64,000 nucleotides of DNA from a virus. The position numbers and the translations under genes are program-made. Positions 1 to 9,400 of the stretch are shown piece by piece (within the stretch, counting starts at the first letter, position 1; every line of letters begins with the position of its first letter). The stretch spans positions 28,689 to 92,688 of IMG/VR virus record IMGVR_UViG_3300048839_001249. The stretch is one strand, 5' to 3'. The notes under the pieces were generated by a model, which was given only the letters and a program-made list of their open reading frames with translations, was not told the DNA's origin and searched no databases.

Positions 1-1
1 A

Positions 2-3000
2 CTTTACTCTACTAACATTAAAGATGATACTACTAATGTATTTTTGACTGTTCCTCTTGCTGAATCTGATACTGTACTTGTTACAAGAAACGATACTATC
101 TTTAAGATGTACTTATCCATTGACAGTGTACTCTATGCAGACACAGCCGGATATGCACTAAATAGTTATTGGTATGAAGTTCCTGATGATACTATTAAAA
201 CTTACAATCATGTAGTTGTGGATTCAAGTTTTATGGTTAATTACAAGAATACTATATTTGGACATTATAATACTGGTTTATTTGGTAACGATTCTAATTT
301 AGTGTTTGGTATATTAGAAGATAGTGTATGGATGATAGACCATGTTTGGAGTGAAAGTGAAATGTTAGTGAGAACTATTATGGGAGTTAATTTACTTGAT
401 GGGACTACAAGTGGATTGAGTGCGTCTATGAATAAGACTGTTGGAGGAAGGCATTCTGTTGAACTATTTGCTGGAAATCATACTTCGGTAGCTATTAATA
501 GTAAAGAAAATGCTACGATAACTGCTGATACATTTAATCTTTATATAGAAAGTGCTATGAATACAGTGCTATCTATAACCGATAGTAATTATAAGTTTAC
601 TGGTATTCCCGAATCTACTGTTAAATATGTTGCAGGGTTTGATGAAAATGGGACTCTATATAAGGCAGATAGTTCTTTATTCAGTAACTCTACAATAATT
701 CCTTATACGGGAGATACTCTATGGAAATCAACATATAGTACGGAAGGTTATGATATTATATCTCTTGTAGATTCAGGTAATGTTGTTGCTATTGGTACTG
801 ATTATCCTAATGGTACATTAGATGTTAGAGGTTTTTTAAATGTTTCTTCTGATTTAATTAATCCAGCAGGTTTTGGTGTATATGATACTAACGGTGTGGG
901 ATTATCTTATATTCCAACCTTACAGTTTATAATAGATAGAAGTAATAGTGATGAAGCAGGCTATACTGCAATGTCTTTAGATTTATCTGAAGAAGGTAAT
1001 AATCCATTCTATTTGTTTAATGGCTCTTTAGAAAATCATTATAACTCATTTTATGCCACTAAGGATAGTCTTGGATATAAAGCTAATGATACTACTAAGG
1101 TATTTCATATTAATGCTACAGGGGAAGTATATGCTCCATTGATTAGTAATTTAGCTAAATCTAATATTCTATATTACGATACATTAACAGGAGAAATTAC
1201 GTATGATACTGCACAATCAGTAAATGAAACAGACCCTTACTTTACTGCTGATGTTCGAGATAGTGTACTTTCTATAAGCCAAGAACAATGGTTATTAACT
1301 TATACTGATACTTCCAGATATTCTTTTAATTATGCTAAAGATAGTAGTTATGTAAGCATGAATATAGATACCATATACTTATTTACTTTACCGGAACAAC
1401 ATATAGATTACATTTATGAAAATCCCGATAATGGTAGTGGATTAGCAACTCCGTGGACTACAAATGAGGTTTGGGTTGTTGCTGATGAAAGAGTACTTGG
1501 TAATATAGCAGACACAATTATTATTGAATGGAGTGAACCAGCAACAGATACTTGTATTATTACTAATGTGATATATGCTGTCCTTCCCTCTACTGACTCA
1601 GTAACAAAATTTATTCATACTCCTAATAACTCAATGTCGGTTTGGGATATTGTTAGCATTACTATAAAATCTCCAATATTACCTCCTCTCTATATATATC
1701 CTAATCTTCATGTATTAGGCAATCAAGTAATAGGAGATACAGCTAATTTTCAAACATATCTTAATTTACCTTCTCAGGATTCAGTAATCTATTCAGATAC
1801 TACATTTTATTATAATGAACAAGACCCTATATTCTTATCTAATGTTCGAGATTCTATTATAAGTGTTTCTCAGGAACAGTGGAATTTAATGTATGTAGAC
1901 ACGTCACGATATTCATTAACGAGTCTTCATTCAGATAGTGCTAACTATGCACCTATGCCCGATAGTGTTATTCATGCTATATATTCGGATACTGCATTAT
2001 ACTATGATGAAATAGACCCTCATTTTATTGATGATGCTAGAGATACTGTTATTGCTATCAGTCAAGAGCAATGGTCACTTAGGTATGCAGATACAGCAAG
2101 GTACGCTCTAAATGTTGTTCCTTTTCCTGAACCTAATTGGGATACTCTTGCTTACTATGCTAACCTTGATACATTAGATTATTACCAATTAATAACTGAT
2201 GATCATGATACATCATCTACTAACGAACTTCAATTACTTACTTATGATAAGTCAACTGGTATAATGAATATTAGTGATGGAACTGGCGATACAATAAATT
2301 TATTTGGTTCTGCTAATAGAGGATTAGTTCCTCAATCTGGAGGTGGAACATCTAACTATATGAGGGCAGATGGTACATGGGCAACTCCTCCGGGAACAGC
2401 AGTAGCAGATAACTTAGGTAATCATATAATGACCCAAAACCTATCAACAACTGATGATTATTTTATAGGGAATAATGGAGAAAATTGGACAGGATTTAAG
2501 TTTACAAGATATAAGAGTAAGGATAGTTATAAGTTAGCAGGTAATCAATATCAGTTTAGTAATATAATACTATCTAAATTATATGACGATAATACAGCAA
2601 GTTACATTGCTCCAATATGGATTCAGGGTGTTGCTGCAAACGATAACTTTGGAGTAACTGAGTATATTCCAAAAGGATTTACAATTCAGCCTGAAACACA
2701 ATATCCGATATTTTCTGATCTTGCTGATACTATTGATGCTGGATACATTATGCTATGGAATCACTATGATAGCGTAGTCAATAAGATTAACAGACATGAT
2801 TTTATCAATAGCATTACCTCTTTTCAGCTATATGATGATACCACTACCTACGATGCTACAAAATATTGGGTAGAACAGCAGGGTTATCTTACATCATTCA
2901 CAGAACAAGATTCTGTTATAGGTAATGAAGGAGATACTACAAAACATCATACTGTAGGATGGGGATTGGTAGGAGAGTTCTATAATCAAACAGATAATGT

Positions 3001-5578
3001 AGAGTGGGAAGCTGATAGTAGTAAAGTTGCTTCTTTATATGCTCTTAATGATACAGCAACAAATATTAGAGCAGATTTTCCAAATGTAAGTGGGTTTATA
3101 TCGTGGTCTGATACTAATGTTATTGCAACACAATACTGGGTTAACGATCAAGGTTATTTAACTACTGAGGTTGATGGTAGCATAACCAATGAATTACAGA
3201 ATTTAACATTTGCTCAGGCTACTGGAATAATGAATATTAGTTCAGGTACAGGAGATACTATTCATGAGTATGATGGTGAAACAAGAGGGTTAGTTCCTGA
3301 TGCCTTACCTGTATTTACAGGAAATGAGTTTCTCAATATTGACGGCACATGGGATGCTGTTGATATTCCTGTTGAACAAGATAGTGTGATAGGTAATGAG
3401 GGTGATACCAGTAAGTATATTATAGATGGCTTTGGGATTAAAGATTTTGCTTACAACCAGACTCAGGATGCTACTGTCGAAGTAGACACTACTTTAATTA
3501 CTACATGGAATGATGTGGATAGTTTAATAGCACTTGTTGACACAGGGTACTTTAAGAGAACAAACAACTTTACTACACTTAAAAATATAAATGACTCTGT
3601 TGGTATAGGAACAGATAATCCAAGAACTAAGTTTGATATAATAGGAGAATTATCTCTTACTGGACAATCTAATTCTATTATCTATGATGTAGATAGTAAT
3701 GAGTTGATTAGGATTAATCATGAAGGAGTTAATCCACCAAATTTAGGAAGTTATGTTGATATAGGATTGCATGGTGGAGAATCTTATGGATTAGGATCGT
3801 TAAATACATTCTCGTATAACGATAGTCAATTTTCACTTGCTAATTTTGGTTCAGTAAAAACAAACGGAAGACAATCAAATTATGGAAGTGATCTTCATAA
3901 TAATATTATGTGTTTTGATACAGTACCTTCATTATCATACATTATTTTTAAATCTTGGCCAGACGCAGGAGGAAATATTGGTACATTAGTAGTAACAGCA
4001 GCAAATGATATTGGTCTGATAAAAGTTAACTTCTCTGTGCAATACAGTGTCAATTATATTACTGTTATTGATAGTTCAACAACAGTAAGGACAGGAATGT
4101 TTTGGGATAGTTTATTCATTGCCTCACCGAGATTATCTTCTACTTATGATTCCATAATGATACCAGTTTATTCAAGAGTAATTGCATCTGCCGAAAATAA
4201 CAATAAGGTATCTGTTAAGGTTGAGTATTTCCATACTGAGAATAATGCTTTTGGAGTAGATATTACTACGACTACCTCTGCCGACATATTAACCTCTTGG
4301 GTAGATAAGGTTAATAAATATGGAATAGACACTGCAACAACAGCTTTTGGAATATACTATGATCCTATTACTGGGGTTACAAGTTATGATTCCGTATCAA
4401 GCGGGGGAGGGGCTGATGGCGATAGTCTTTGGAATCATGTAGTATTACAGGATATAGATATGACAGGATTTAATCTTATCAATCCCGATACATTATTTCA
4501 CACACCTTATTCAACAACATTTGTTCCTGCTGATGATGAATTACTTATTTGGGATGATACTGAAAATGCTATTGCAGGAGTTTCTTTAACTGATTTAACA
4601 TCTAATCTTCCATTGGATAACTACCAGTTAAAATCTGATACCTCTACTTATGATGCTACAAAGCATTATGTGGATAGTGTTAATATGTTTCATCAAGAAG
4701 ATGGAGCAGTGGAGATGAAAGATAATGACGTATTGAGAATTGATGCTGGTGATGTTTTGTCTTTTGTGAACAATACAGGAGATAGCACTAAAATATATCA
4801 GGCAGGAGAGAGTTTTGTTATCCAACCTCAAAGTACTGTTGAGTACACTCAAATATATAGTGATGTTTATATAGATGGAGATACTCTCATACTTAATGAA
4901 ATGACTAAGGCTAAGAAGGCTCACAATGTATTTTATGATGAGGTTTCAGGAGTGCTTACTTATGGAGATACTACTATTACAGCAGCAGAAGTAGATGGCT
5001 CGGTTACTAATGAAGGCTCATTAACAGTTGTTGATCCTGGGGCAAACAAAAGTGCAATAAGAAGTAATACAAGTGGAAGTACTGATGTTACGATAGAGGG
5101 TGGAGATAATATTACGGTAACTGAGAATACGGGCACTGGAACTATCACAGTAGCAACAAAACAGACGACTGCCATTAATACAACAATGGTTGCAACTGCC
5201 ACCTTTAGTTTTAATGATGCGACAACTTACTATTTTGGGGCTTCACAGGTTGGATTTAGCACAACAGAGACAATATCAAGAAGTATTATTATTCCCCATG
5301 ATGGCACAATAACATTAGGACAATTTGTTACAACAACTGTTGCCGCAGGATCATCTCAGGATTGGAGTGTATATTTAAGACTGAATAATACAACGGATTA
5401 CTTAATAGAAACAATACAATCAGGAGGTAATGTGGAAATTTGGAGAAATGATGGGTTAAGCATAGCTGTTTCTGAAGGAGATGCTCTTTGTTGGAAAATG
5501 GTTACTCCTACTTGGACTACAAATCCACAGATAAGAGGAAATACTGGATGTCATGGAACCATGATAATAACATATTAA
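2..5578 (+). CDS. Large repeat-rich tail fibre/adhesin-like protein, 5'-truncated (frame open to the window edge)
   Basis: No stop between position 2 and the TTG at 44 (LYSTNIKDDTTNVF...). VGIGT.NP and EVDGS(I/V)TNE repeats resemble Bacteroidota and phage fibre-like proteins. T/D/S-rich; lies upstream of the tail module. Confidence 0.65.
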   Translation, partial: LYSTNIKDDTTNVFLTVPLAESDTVLVTRNDTIFKMYLSIDSVLYADTAGYALNSYWYEVPDDTIKTYNHVVVDSSFMVNYKNTIFGHYNTGLFGNDSNLVFGILEDSVWMIDHVWSESEMLVRTIMGVNLLDGTTSGLSASMNKTVGGRHSVELFAGNHTSVAINSKENATITADTFNLYIESAMNTVLSITDSNYKFTGIPESTVKYVAGFDENGTLYKADSSLFSNSTIIPYTGDTLWKSTYSTEGYDIISLVDSGNVVAIGTDYPNGTLDVRGFLNVSSDLINPAGFGVYDTNGVGLSYIPTLQFIIDRSNSDEAGYTAMSLDLSEEGNNPFYLFNGSLENHYNSFYATKDSLGYKANDTTKVFHINATGEVYAPLISNLAKSNILYYDTLTGEITYDTAQSVNETDPYFTADVRDSVLSISQEQWLLTYTDTSRYSFNYAKDSSYVSMNIDTIYLFTLPEQHIDYIYENPDNGSGLATPWTTNEVWVVADERVLGNIADTIIIEWSEPATDTCIITNVIYAVLPSTDSVTKFIHTPNNSMSVWDIVSITIKSPILPPLYIYPNLHVLGNQVIGDTANFQTYLNLPSQDSVIYSDTTFYYNEQDPIFLSNVRDSIISVSQEQWNLMYVDTSRYSLTSLHSDSANYAPMPDSVIHAIYSDTALYYDEIDPHFIDDARDTVIAISQEQWSLRYADTARYALNVVPFPEPNWDTLAYYANLDTLDYYQLITDDHDTSSTNELQLLTYDKSTGIMNISDGTGDTINLFGSANRGLVPQSGGGTSNYMRADGTWATPPGTAVADNLGNHIMTQNLSTTDDYFIGNNGENWTGFKFTRYKSKDSYKLAGNQYQFSNIILSKLYDDNTASYIAPIWIQGVAANDNFGVTEYIPKGFTIQPETQYPIFSDLADTIDAGYIMLWNHYDSVVNKINRHDFINSITSFQLYDDTTTYDATKYWVEQQGYLTSFTEQDSVIGNEGDTTKHHTVGWGLVGEFYNQTDNVEWEADSSKVASLYALNDTATNIRADFPNVSGFISWSDTNVIATQYWVNDQGYLTTEVDGSITNELQNLTFAQATGIMNISSGTGDTIHEYDGETRGLVPDALPVFTGNEFLNIDGTWDAVDIPVEQDSVIGNEGDTSKYIIDGFGIKDFAYNQTQDATVEVDTTLITTWNDVDSLIALVDTGYFKRTNNFTTLKNINDSVGIGTDNPRTKFDIIGELSLTGQSNSIIYDVDSNELIRINHEGVNPPNLGSYVDIGLHGGESYGLGSLNTFSYNDSQFSLANFGSVKTNGRQSNYGSDLHNNIMCFDTVPSLSYIIFKSWPDAGGNIGTLVVTAANDIGLIKVNFSVQYSVNYITVIDSSTTVRTGMFWDSLFIASPRLSSTYDSIMIPVYSRVIASAENNNKVSVKVEYFHTENNAFGVDITTTTSADILTSWVDKVNKYGIDTATTAFGIYYDPITGVTSYDSVSSGGGADGDSLWNHVVLQDIDMTGFNLINPDTLFHTPYSTTFVPADDELLIWDDTENAIAGVSLTDLTSNLPLDNYQLKSDTSTYDATKHYVDSVNMFHQEDGAVEMKDNDVLRIDAGDVLSFVNNTGDSTKIYQAGESFVIQPQSTVEYTQIYSDVYIDGDTLILNEMTKAKKAHNVFYDEVSGVLTYGDTTITAAEVDGSVTNEGSLTVVDPGANKSAIRSNTSGSTDVTIEGGDNITVTENTGTGTITVATKQTTAINTTMVATATFSFNDATTYYFGASQVGFSTTETISRSIIIPHDGTITLGQFVTTTVAAGSSQDWSVYLRLNNTTDYLIETIQSGGNVEIWRNDGLSIAVSEGDALCWKMVTPTWTTNPQIRGNTGCHGTMIITY
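1223..2104 (+). repeat. Three degenerate protein repeats (N/D)ExDPxF...RD(S/T)xxx(I/V)SQEQWxLxYxDT(S/A)RY
   Basis: Copies start near 1223, 1814 and 2006 in the translated fibre ORF. Confidence 0.85.
2219..3415 (+). repeat. Duplicated modules TNELQxLT...TGIMNISxGTGDTI...RGLVP...DGTW and EQDSVIGNEGDTxK
   Basis: Two copies of each in the translation (near 2219 and 3185; near 2903 and 3374). Confidence 0.85.
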
Positions 5579-5579
5579 T

Positions 5580-5768
5580 ATGACAATAGATTTATCCATA
5601 GGAGAGGTTGAATACCTACTCACATTGATCAATATGAATAATGAGTTTGGTGGTCATTACAATGATCCTAAGTATGATATACCTTTGAGGGACAAGTTAA
5701 GAGAGTTAAAGAAAAAGATTAATGAAAAGGTTACTACTGATACTATTAATGATGCCTGTAATTGTTAA
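5580..5768 (+). CDS. Hypothetical protein
   Basis: 62-aa ORF starting 1 nt after the fibre stop codon. Confidence 0.5.
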   Translation: MTIDLSIGEVEYLLTLINMNNEFGGHYNDPKYDIPLRDKLRELKKKINEKVTTDTINDACNC

Positions 5769-6165
5769 TGCTCAGGTGCTTACTAAAAAGGATATTATCC
5801 CATTGGTCTGTACATTTCAGGCAGGGATATATGAAGGCTTTGCTGAAGGATTGAAGTTTCACTATGAAAGCATTGACAGTAAACTTGGATTAAACGATAA
5901 TTACTGGAATCCTGCTATGAGTTGCAACAATAAATATAAGAATGGTGATCCTGCACAGGGAGAGGCATTTCCTATGAGTACCACAGTCTTTGTATGGACT
6001 ACTGATGGTTATCATCTTACAAGAGCTGCAAGAAATACCTGTCTTATGGCTGGACTCACATTCAAATTGGGAGAGAAACAAAAGTGGTATGAATACCTTT
6101 TGGAATTTATTGCTTACTATATTACTTTTACATTAGGATTTAACATAACTTATGAACTGCTATGA
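5722..6165 (+). CDS. Signal-peptide/membrane hypothetical protein
   Basis: N-terminal MKRLLLILLMMPVIVNAQ signal-like peptide and hydrophobic C-terminus; ATGA overlap with the next gene. Confidence 0.7.
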   Translation: MKRLLLILLMMPVIVNAQVLTKKDIIPLVCTFQAGIYEGFAEGLKFHYESIDSKLGLNDNYWNPAMSCNNKYKNGDPAQGEAFPMSTTVFVWTTDGYHLTRAARNTCLMAGLTFKLGEKQKWYEYLLEFIAYYITFTLGFNITYELL

Positions 6166-6710
6166 AACTAATTATCTTTGGTAAAGGCGGTTTTGGTAGA
6201 GAAGTAGAAGCCGCTATTAAAAACTCCAGACTATCCAGATTTTACGATATTGTAATGATGGAAGAAGGAGAAGATTTACTACCTATTTATAATGAATGTA
6301 TTATAGCTATTGGCGATCCTAATGTAAGAAGTAGATTAGCTAATGAATTACGATATAGCTTTGGAAAGATTATATTAGGTACTTGTTATTCCTCTAATAT
6401 AGGGGGCGGTACAATTATTCAACCCGGAGCTATAATTACTGTTAATTGTAATATTGGTAAGCATGTTCAAGTAAATTTAAATGCTACTGTTGGACATGAT
6501 TGTAACATAGGAGATTGTACAACTATTGCTCCAGGGGCCCATATATCAGGAAATGTAACTATTGGAAAAAGATGTTATATAGGAACAGGAGCAGTAATTA
6601 AACAGAATATTAATATTTGTGATGATGTAACAATAGGTGCTGGTGGAGTAGTAGTAAAAGATATTACTGAATCAGGTATTTATGTTGGTTGTCCAGTTAA
6701 TAAAAAATAG
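6162..6710 (+). CDS. NeuD/PglD/VioB-family sugar acetyltransferase (left-handed beta-helix)
   Basis: IIFGKGGFGREV Rossmann-like start, IAIGDP..R, hexapeptide repeats, VGHD histidine motif, C-terminal YVGCP. Confidence 0.9.
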   Translation: MKLIIFGKGGFGREVEAAIKNSRLSRFYDIVMMEEGEDLLPIYNECIIAIGDPNVRSRLANELRYSFGKIILGTCYSSNIGGGTIIQPGAIITVNCNIGKHVQVNLNATVGHDCNIGDCTTIAPGAHISGNVTIGKRCYIGTGAVIKQNINICDDVTIGAGGVVVKDITESGIYVGCPVNKK

Positions 6711-6711
6711 T

Positions 6712-7044
6712 ATGAAGTACATTGTATTTTGGTTATTGGTTATTAATGTTAGCTTGTCTAACAAGCCTAAAATTGATGAGTTTGGTGCAAAAAGTCAATG
6801 GACTACTCTTGAATATAATATGGGTACTGAATATGAACAGTATTTTAAAATGTTTGATGATAGACAGGCTGCACTTGACTTTCTTAGTAGAGGACAAAAT
6901 CACTCAAAGGTATATGCTATTGCAATAGATAGTGTTAAGATTCCTACAACGGAAGAATATTTTAAGAATTATATTTTGGTATATGACTCGGTTAATTATT
7001 ATACCTTACCAATTTTACATGACACAATAATATTACGCCCATGA
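6712..7044 (+). CDS. Secreted/membrane hypothetical protein
   Basis: ATG at 6712 preferred (MKYIVFWLLVINVSLS, signal-like); overlaps the next start codon. Confidence 0.6.
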   Translation: MKYIVFWLLVINVSLSNKPKIDEFGAKSQWTTLEYNMGTEYEQYFKMFDDRQAALDFLSRGQNHSKVYAIAIDSVKIPTTEEYFKNYILVYDSVNYYTLPILHDTIILRP

Positions 7045-7604
7045 CAAAACAATTTGTATTTAAGACAGGAGATATTGTATTAGTATCTGGACACTCTAAG
7101 AGGGCAGAGATTATACAAAAGTTTCAAGAAAAGTCTGATAAAGACTCAGGTAAATGGAATCATTCCATGCTTGTTACAGTAATTAATGGAATACCTTATG
7201 TATATGAAGCTGCTGAGATTGAAGAAAGAAAAGTCAAAGCTGCTGCTAAGTTTACTCACATTAGTGAATATAATGGATATGAACTATTAGTTCTTAGACC
7301 TAAGTTTGCTATCATTGAAAACGATGTTATTCAATGGTGTGTATTCTATAATGGTACTCCTTATGATTATTCTAGTTTACTTAGAGATCAAATAGTAAGA
7401 ACACTTACTGGTTGGTGGTTAGGTAAGAAAGGAGATAAAGCTGCTAGACGTATGGTATGTCACGAGCTTACTCAATTTATTATGAACCTATATAAACCAG
7501 ACTTATTTCCTGAATGGTTTAAAGGTGATGTAGCTAAGATATTTCATTCTGTTGATTATAATAAGGTACAATATATACCTAATTACAAATACATTAAACA
7601 ATAA
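7041..7604 (+). CDS. Permuted papain-like NlpC/P60 (YiiX/YebB-type) enzyme
   Basis: GDIVL start, WNHSML His, GTPYDY, and a C-terminal MVCHEL Cys; His precedes Cys as in permuted NlpC/P60. Confidence 0.8.
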   Translation: MTKQFVFKTGDIVLVSGHSKRAEIIQKFQEKSDKDSGKWNHSMLVTVINGIPYVYEAAEIEERKVKAAAKFTHISEYNGYELLVLRPKFAIIENDVIQWCVFYNGTPYDYSSLLRDQIVRTLTGWWLGKKGDKAARRMVCHELTQFIMNLYKPDLFPEWFKGDVAKIFHSVDYNKVQYIPNYKYIKQ

Positions 7605-7620
7605 TTTAAATTAGATTACT

Positions 7621-8514
7621 ATGAAGACAAAAATTTTAGTATTACTATTTAGTGTTGTAATGATCACAGCACTTGCACAAGAAACCTGTATTCGGTATTC
7701 AGTGAAAACATCACCCTCTTCTGGTTATTCTGGTGGATTTAGGGATGAGTTATGCTATGATGAATATGGTATGTTTCCTACTACTGCACATAACCCATAT
7801 CAATTAGGTATTGAGGTTAATGGTGAACTATTACTTAAGTGGAAAGCTTTAGTTGAATTAAGGAAGCCTATATGGGGTGAATTAGGTAATCAGAAGTTTA
7901 AAGATTTACTTCCTGAATATATTGAATCAGTAGATGAATATATCTATATTGAGCAGTTTCCTTGGTTCTCTTTTGATACATTACCCTCATTACCCAAAGG
8001 TCATGAATTAGTACCTTACGGATATGAGCTTAGAGTATCTTCTGGGGGTAGTGAATATATGTATGTTCAAGGAGCTACTTTAGAGATGGCTGAAATGTTA
8101 CTTGATCAAGGATACTTTGCAGAATGGAGGCCATGGAATAAAGTAGGTCTTCGTATTATGAAAGTAGTCAATCCTGAATATGCTATTGTAGAAGCACAAC
8201 GTACTCAGATGTATATTGATTATGAAAATATAATTAGTACATATCTTGTACAAAGTGCAATTTATAAGTTTCCTAAGTTCTACTATCCTAAGGAATATTA
8301 TACTTTAAGATGGTGGATTAAAACATCAGAAGATGCTAATTACGTAGAAGTTACACCTGATAAGGAACATCCTTTATATTCAGATACACGATCTGGTTAT
8401 ATAGATGAAAGAAAGATAGCTAGAGAGCAAGACAAGAAATCTTGGAATGCTTGGATTAATAGTACTATTTCTTATAGTGGAGATCAGAGAGTTAAAAAAT
8501 TACTTGGTTACTAA
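7621..8514 (+). CDS. Secreted hypothetical protein
   Basis: Signal peptide MKTKILVLLFSVVMITALAQ; 297 aa. Confidence 0.7.
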   Translation: MKTKILVLLFSVVMITALAQETCIRYSVKTSPSSGYSGGFRDELCYDEYGMFPTTAHNPYQLGIEVNGELLLKWKALVELRKPIWGELGNQKFKDLLPEYIESVDEYIYIEQFPWFSFDTLPSLPKGHELVPYGYELRVSSGGSEYMYVQGATLEMAEMLLDQGYFAEWRPWNKVGLRIMKVVNPEYAIVEAQRTQMYIDYENIISTYLVQSAIYKFPKFYYPKEYYTLRWWIKTSEDANYVEVTPDKEHPLYSDTRSGYIDERKIAREQDKKSWNAWINSTISYSGDQRVKKLLGY

Positions 8515-8567
8515 ATATTTTAATCTTAAATAATTCTTAAAATTATTTAATAACAATTAATACTACA

Positions 8568-8831
8568 ATGGCTAAAATACTCAATGAAAATTCCTTTTCG
8601 TGGCTTGATAAAATTGTAAGTATAATATTATCTGTAATCAGTGGTATAGCTGTAGTTATACTTTTTGTTGCAGATGTAAAAAATACTACTAAAACTAATG
8701 CTAATGACATTCAAAATGTCAAGGATAACTTTAGTGATTTTAAATCAGACATTAAGGATGATGTTAAGGAAATAAAAGAAGATATTGAATATGTTAGGAA
8801 ACTTATCGAAAACAAACACAGCAATGATTAG
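8568..8831 (+). CDS. Single-TM plus coiled-coil membrane protein (holin/spanin-like)
   Basis: TM segment IVSIILSVISGIAVVILFV followed by heptad-like DIKDDVKEIKEDI. Confidence 0.55.
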   Translation: MAKILNENSFSWLDKIVSIILSVISGIAVVILFVADVKNTTKTNANDIQNVKDNFSDFKSDIKDDVKEIKEDIEYVRKLIENKHSND

Positions 8832-9051
8832 AATTGTATGTATTTTAATTTTGTTGTCATTACTTTCATTACCAGTAATATATCTTACTACTCCTATGGA
8901 AAAGGAAAACACTGAACTAACACAATTTGTAACACGGGGTAGTAGCATAATGAAGATACAATATGAAAGTCAAGATTCATTAACACATTGTTTGGAAGAT
9001 TTAAAAAAACAAGTTGATAGTCTTGTAATGACTGTGGAAAAATATTATTAA
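8824..9051 (+). CDS. Membrane-anchored hypothetical protein
   Basis: ATG at 8824 preferred (MIRIVCILILLSLLSLPVIYL); overlaps the previous stop. Confidence 0.55.
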   Translation: MIRIVCILILLSLLSLPVIYLTTPMEKENTELTQFVTRGSSIMKIQYESQDSLTHCLEDLKKQVDSLVMTVEKYY

Positions 9052-9067
9052 CTTAAAAATTATAATT

Positions 9068-9358
9068 ATGAACTACTTAGTATTTTTAATGGCCTTTGCT
9101 GGAATTGTACTTCACTTATTAGTGAAGTATCAAGATTCCAGAAGTAAAAAAGAAATGTTTGCATGGAAAGATCATCTTGTTTATGCAGCTATGTCAGCTA
9201 TTGCTATGGTTGCTATTATAGTAGGATGGGAACAAGCTAAAGTGTATTTGGGTATGGGAGATGAATTGTTTCCTTTTACTGCTTTTCTGCTTGGATATTT
9301 TTCTGACTCTATGATAAAGAATATCAGTAAATTTAATCCTATCAGGATTAAAAAGTAA
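9068..9358 (+). CDS. Three-TM holin-like membrane protein
   Basis: 96 aa with three hydrophobic segments and a basic C-terminus. Confidence 0.55.
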   Translation: MNYLVFLMAFAGIVLHLLVKYQDSRSKKEMFAWKDHLVYAAMSAIAMVAIIVGWEQAKVYLGMGDELFPFTAFLLGYFSDSMIKNISKFNPIRIKK

Positions 9359-9378
9359 AATTTTTAAGATGAATTTTG

Positions 9379-9386
9379 TATCTTTG
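9379..9386 (+). promoter_or_regulatory. Possible Bacteroidota housekeeping -7 promoter element (TATCTTTG)
   Basis: Matches TAnnTTTG 14 nt upstream of ATG 9401; no clear -33 TTG box. Confidence 0.35.
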
Positions 9387-9400
9387 TTAAAAGTTCATCA

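Noticed and set aside
2-5578. Diversity-generating retroelement targeting the fibre gene
   Set aside because: No reverse transcriptase or template/variable repeat pair is visible in this window.
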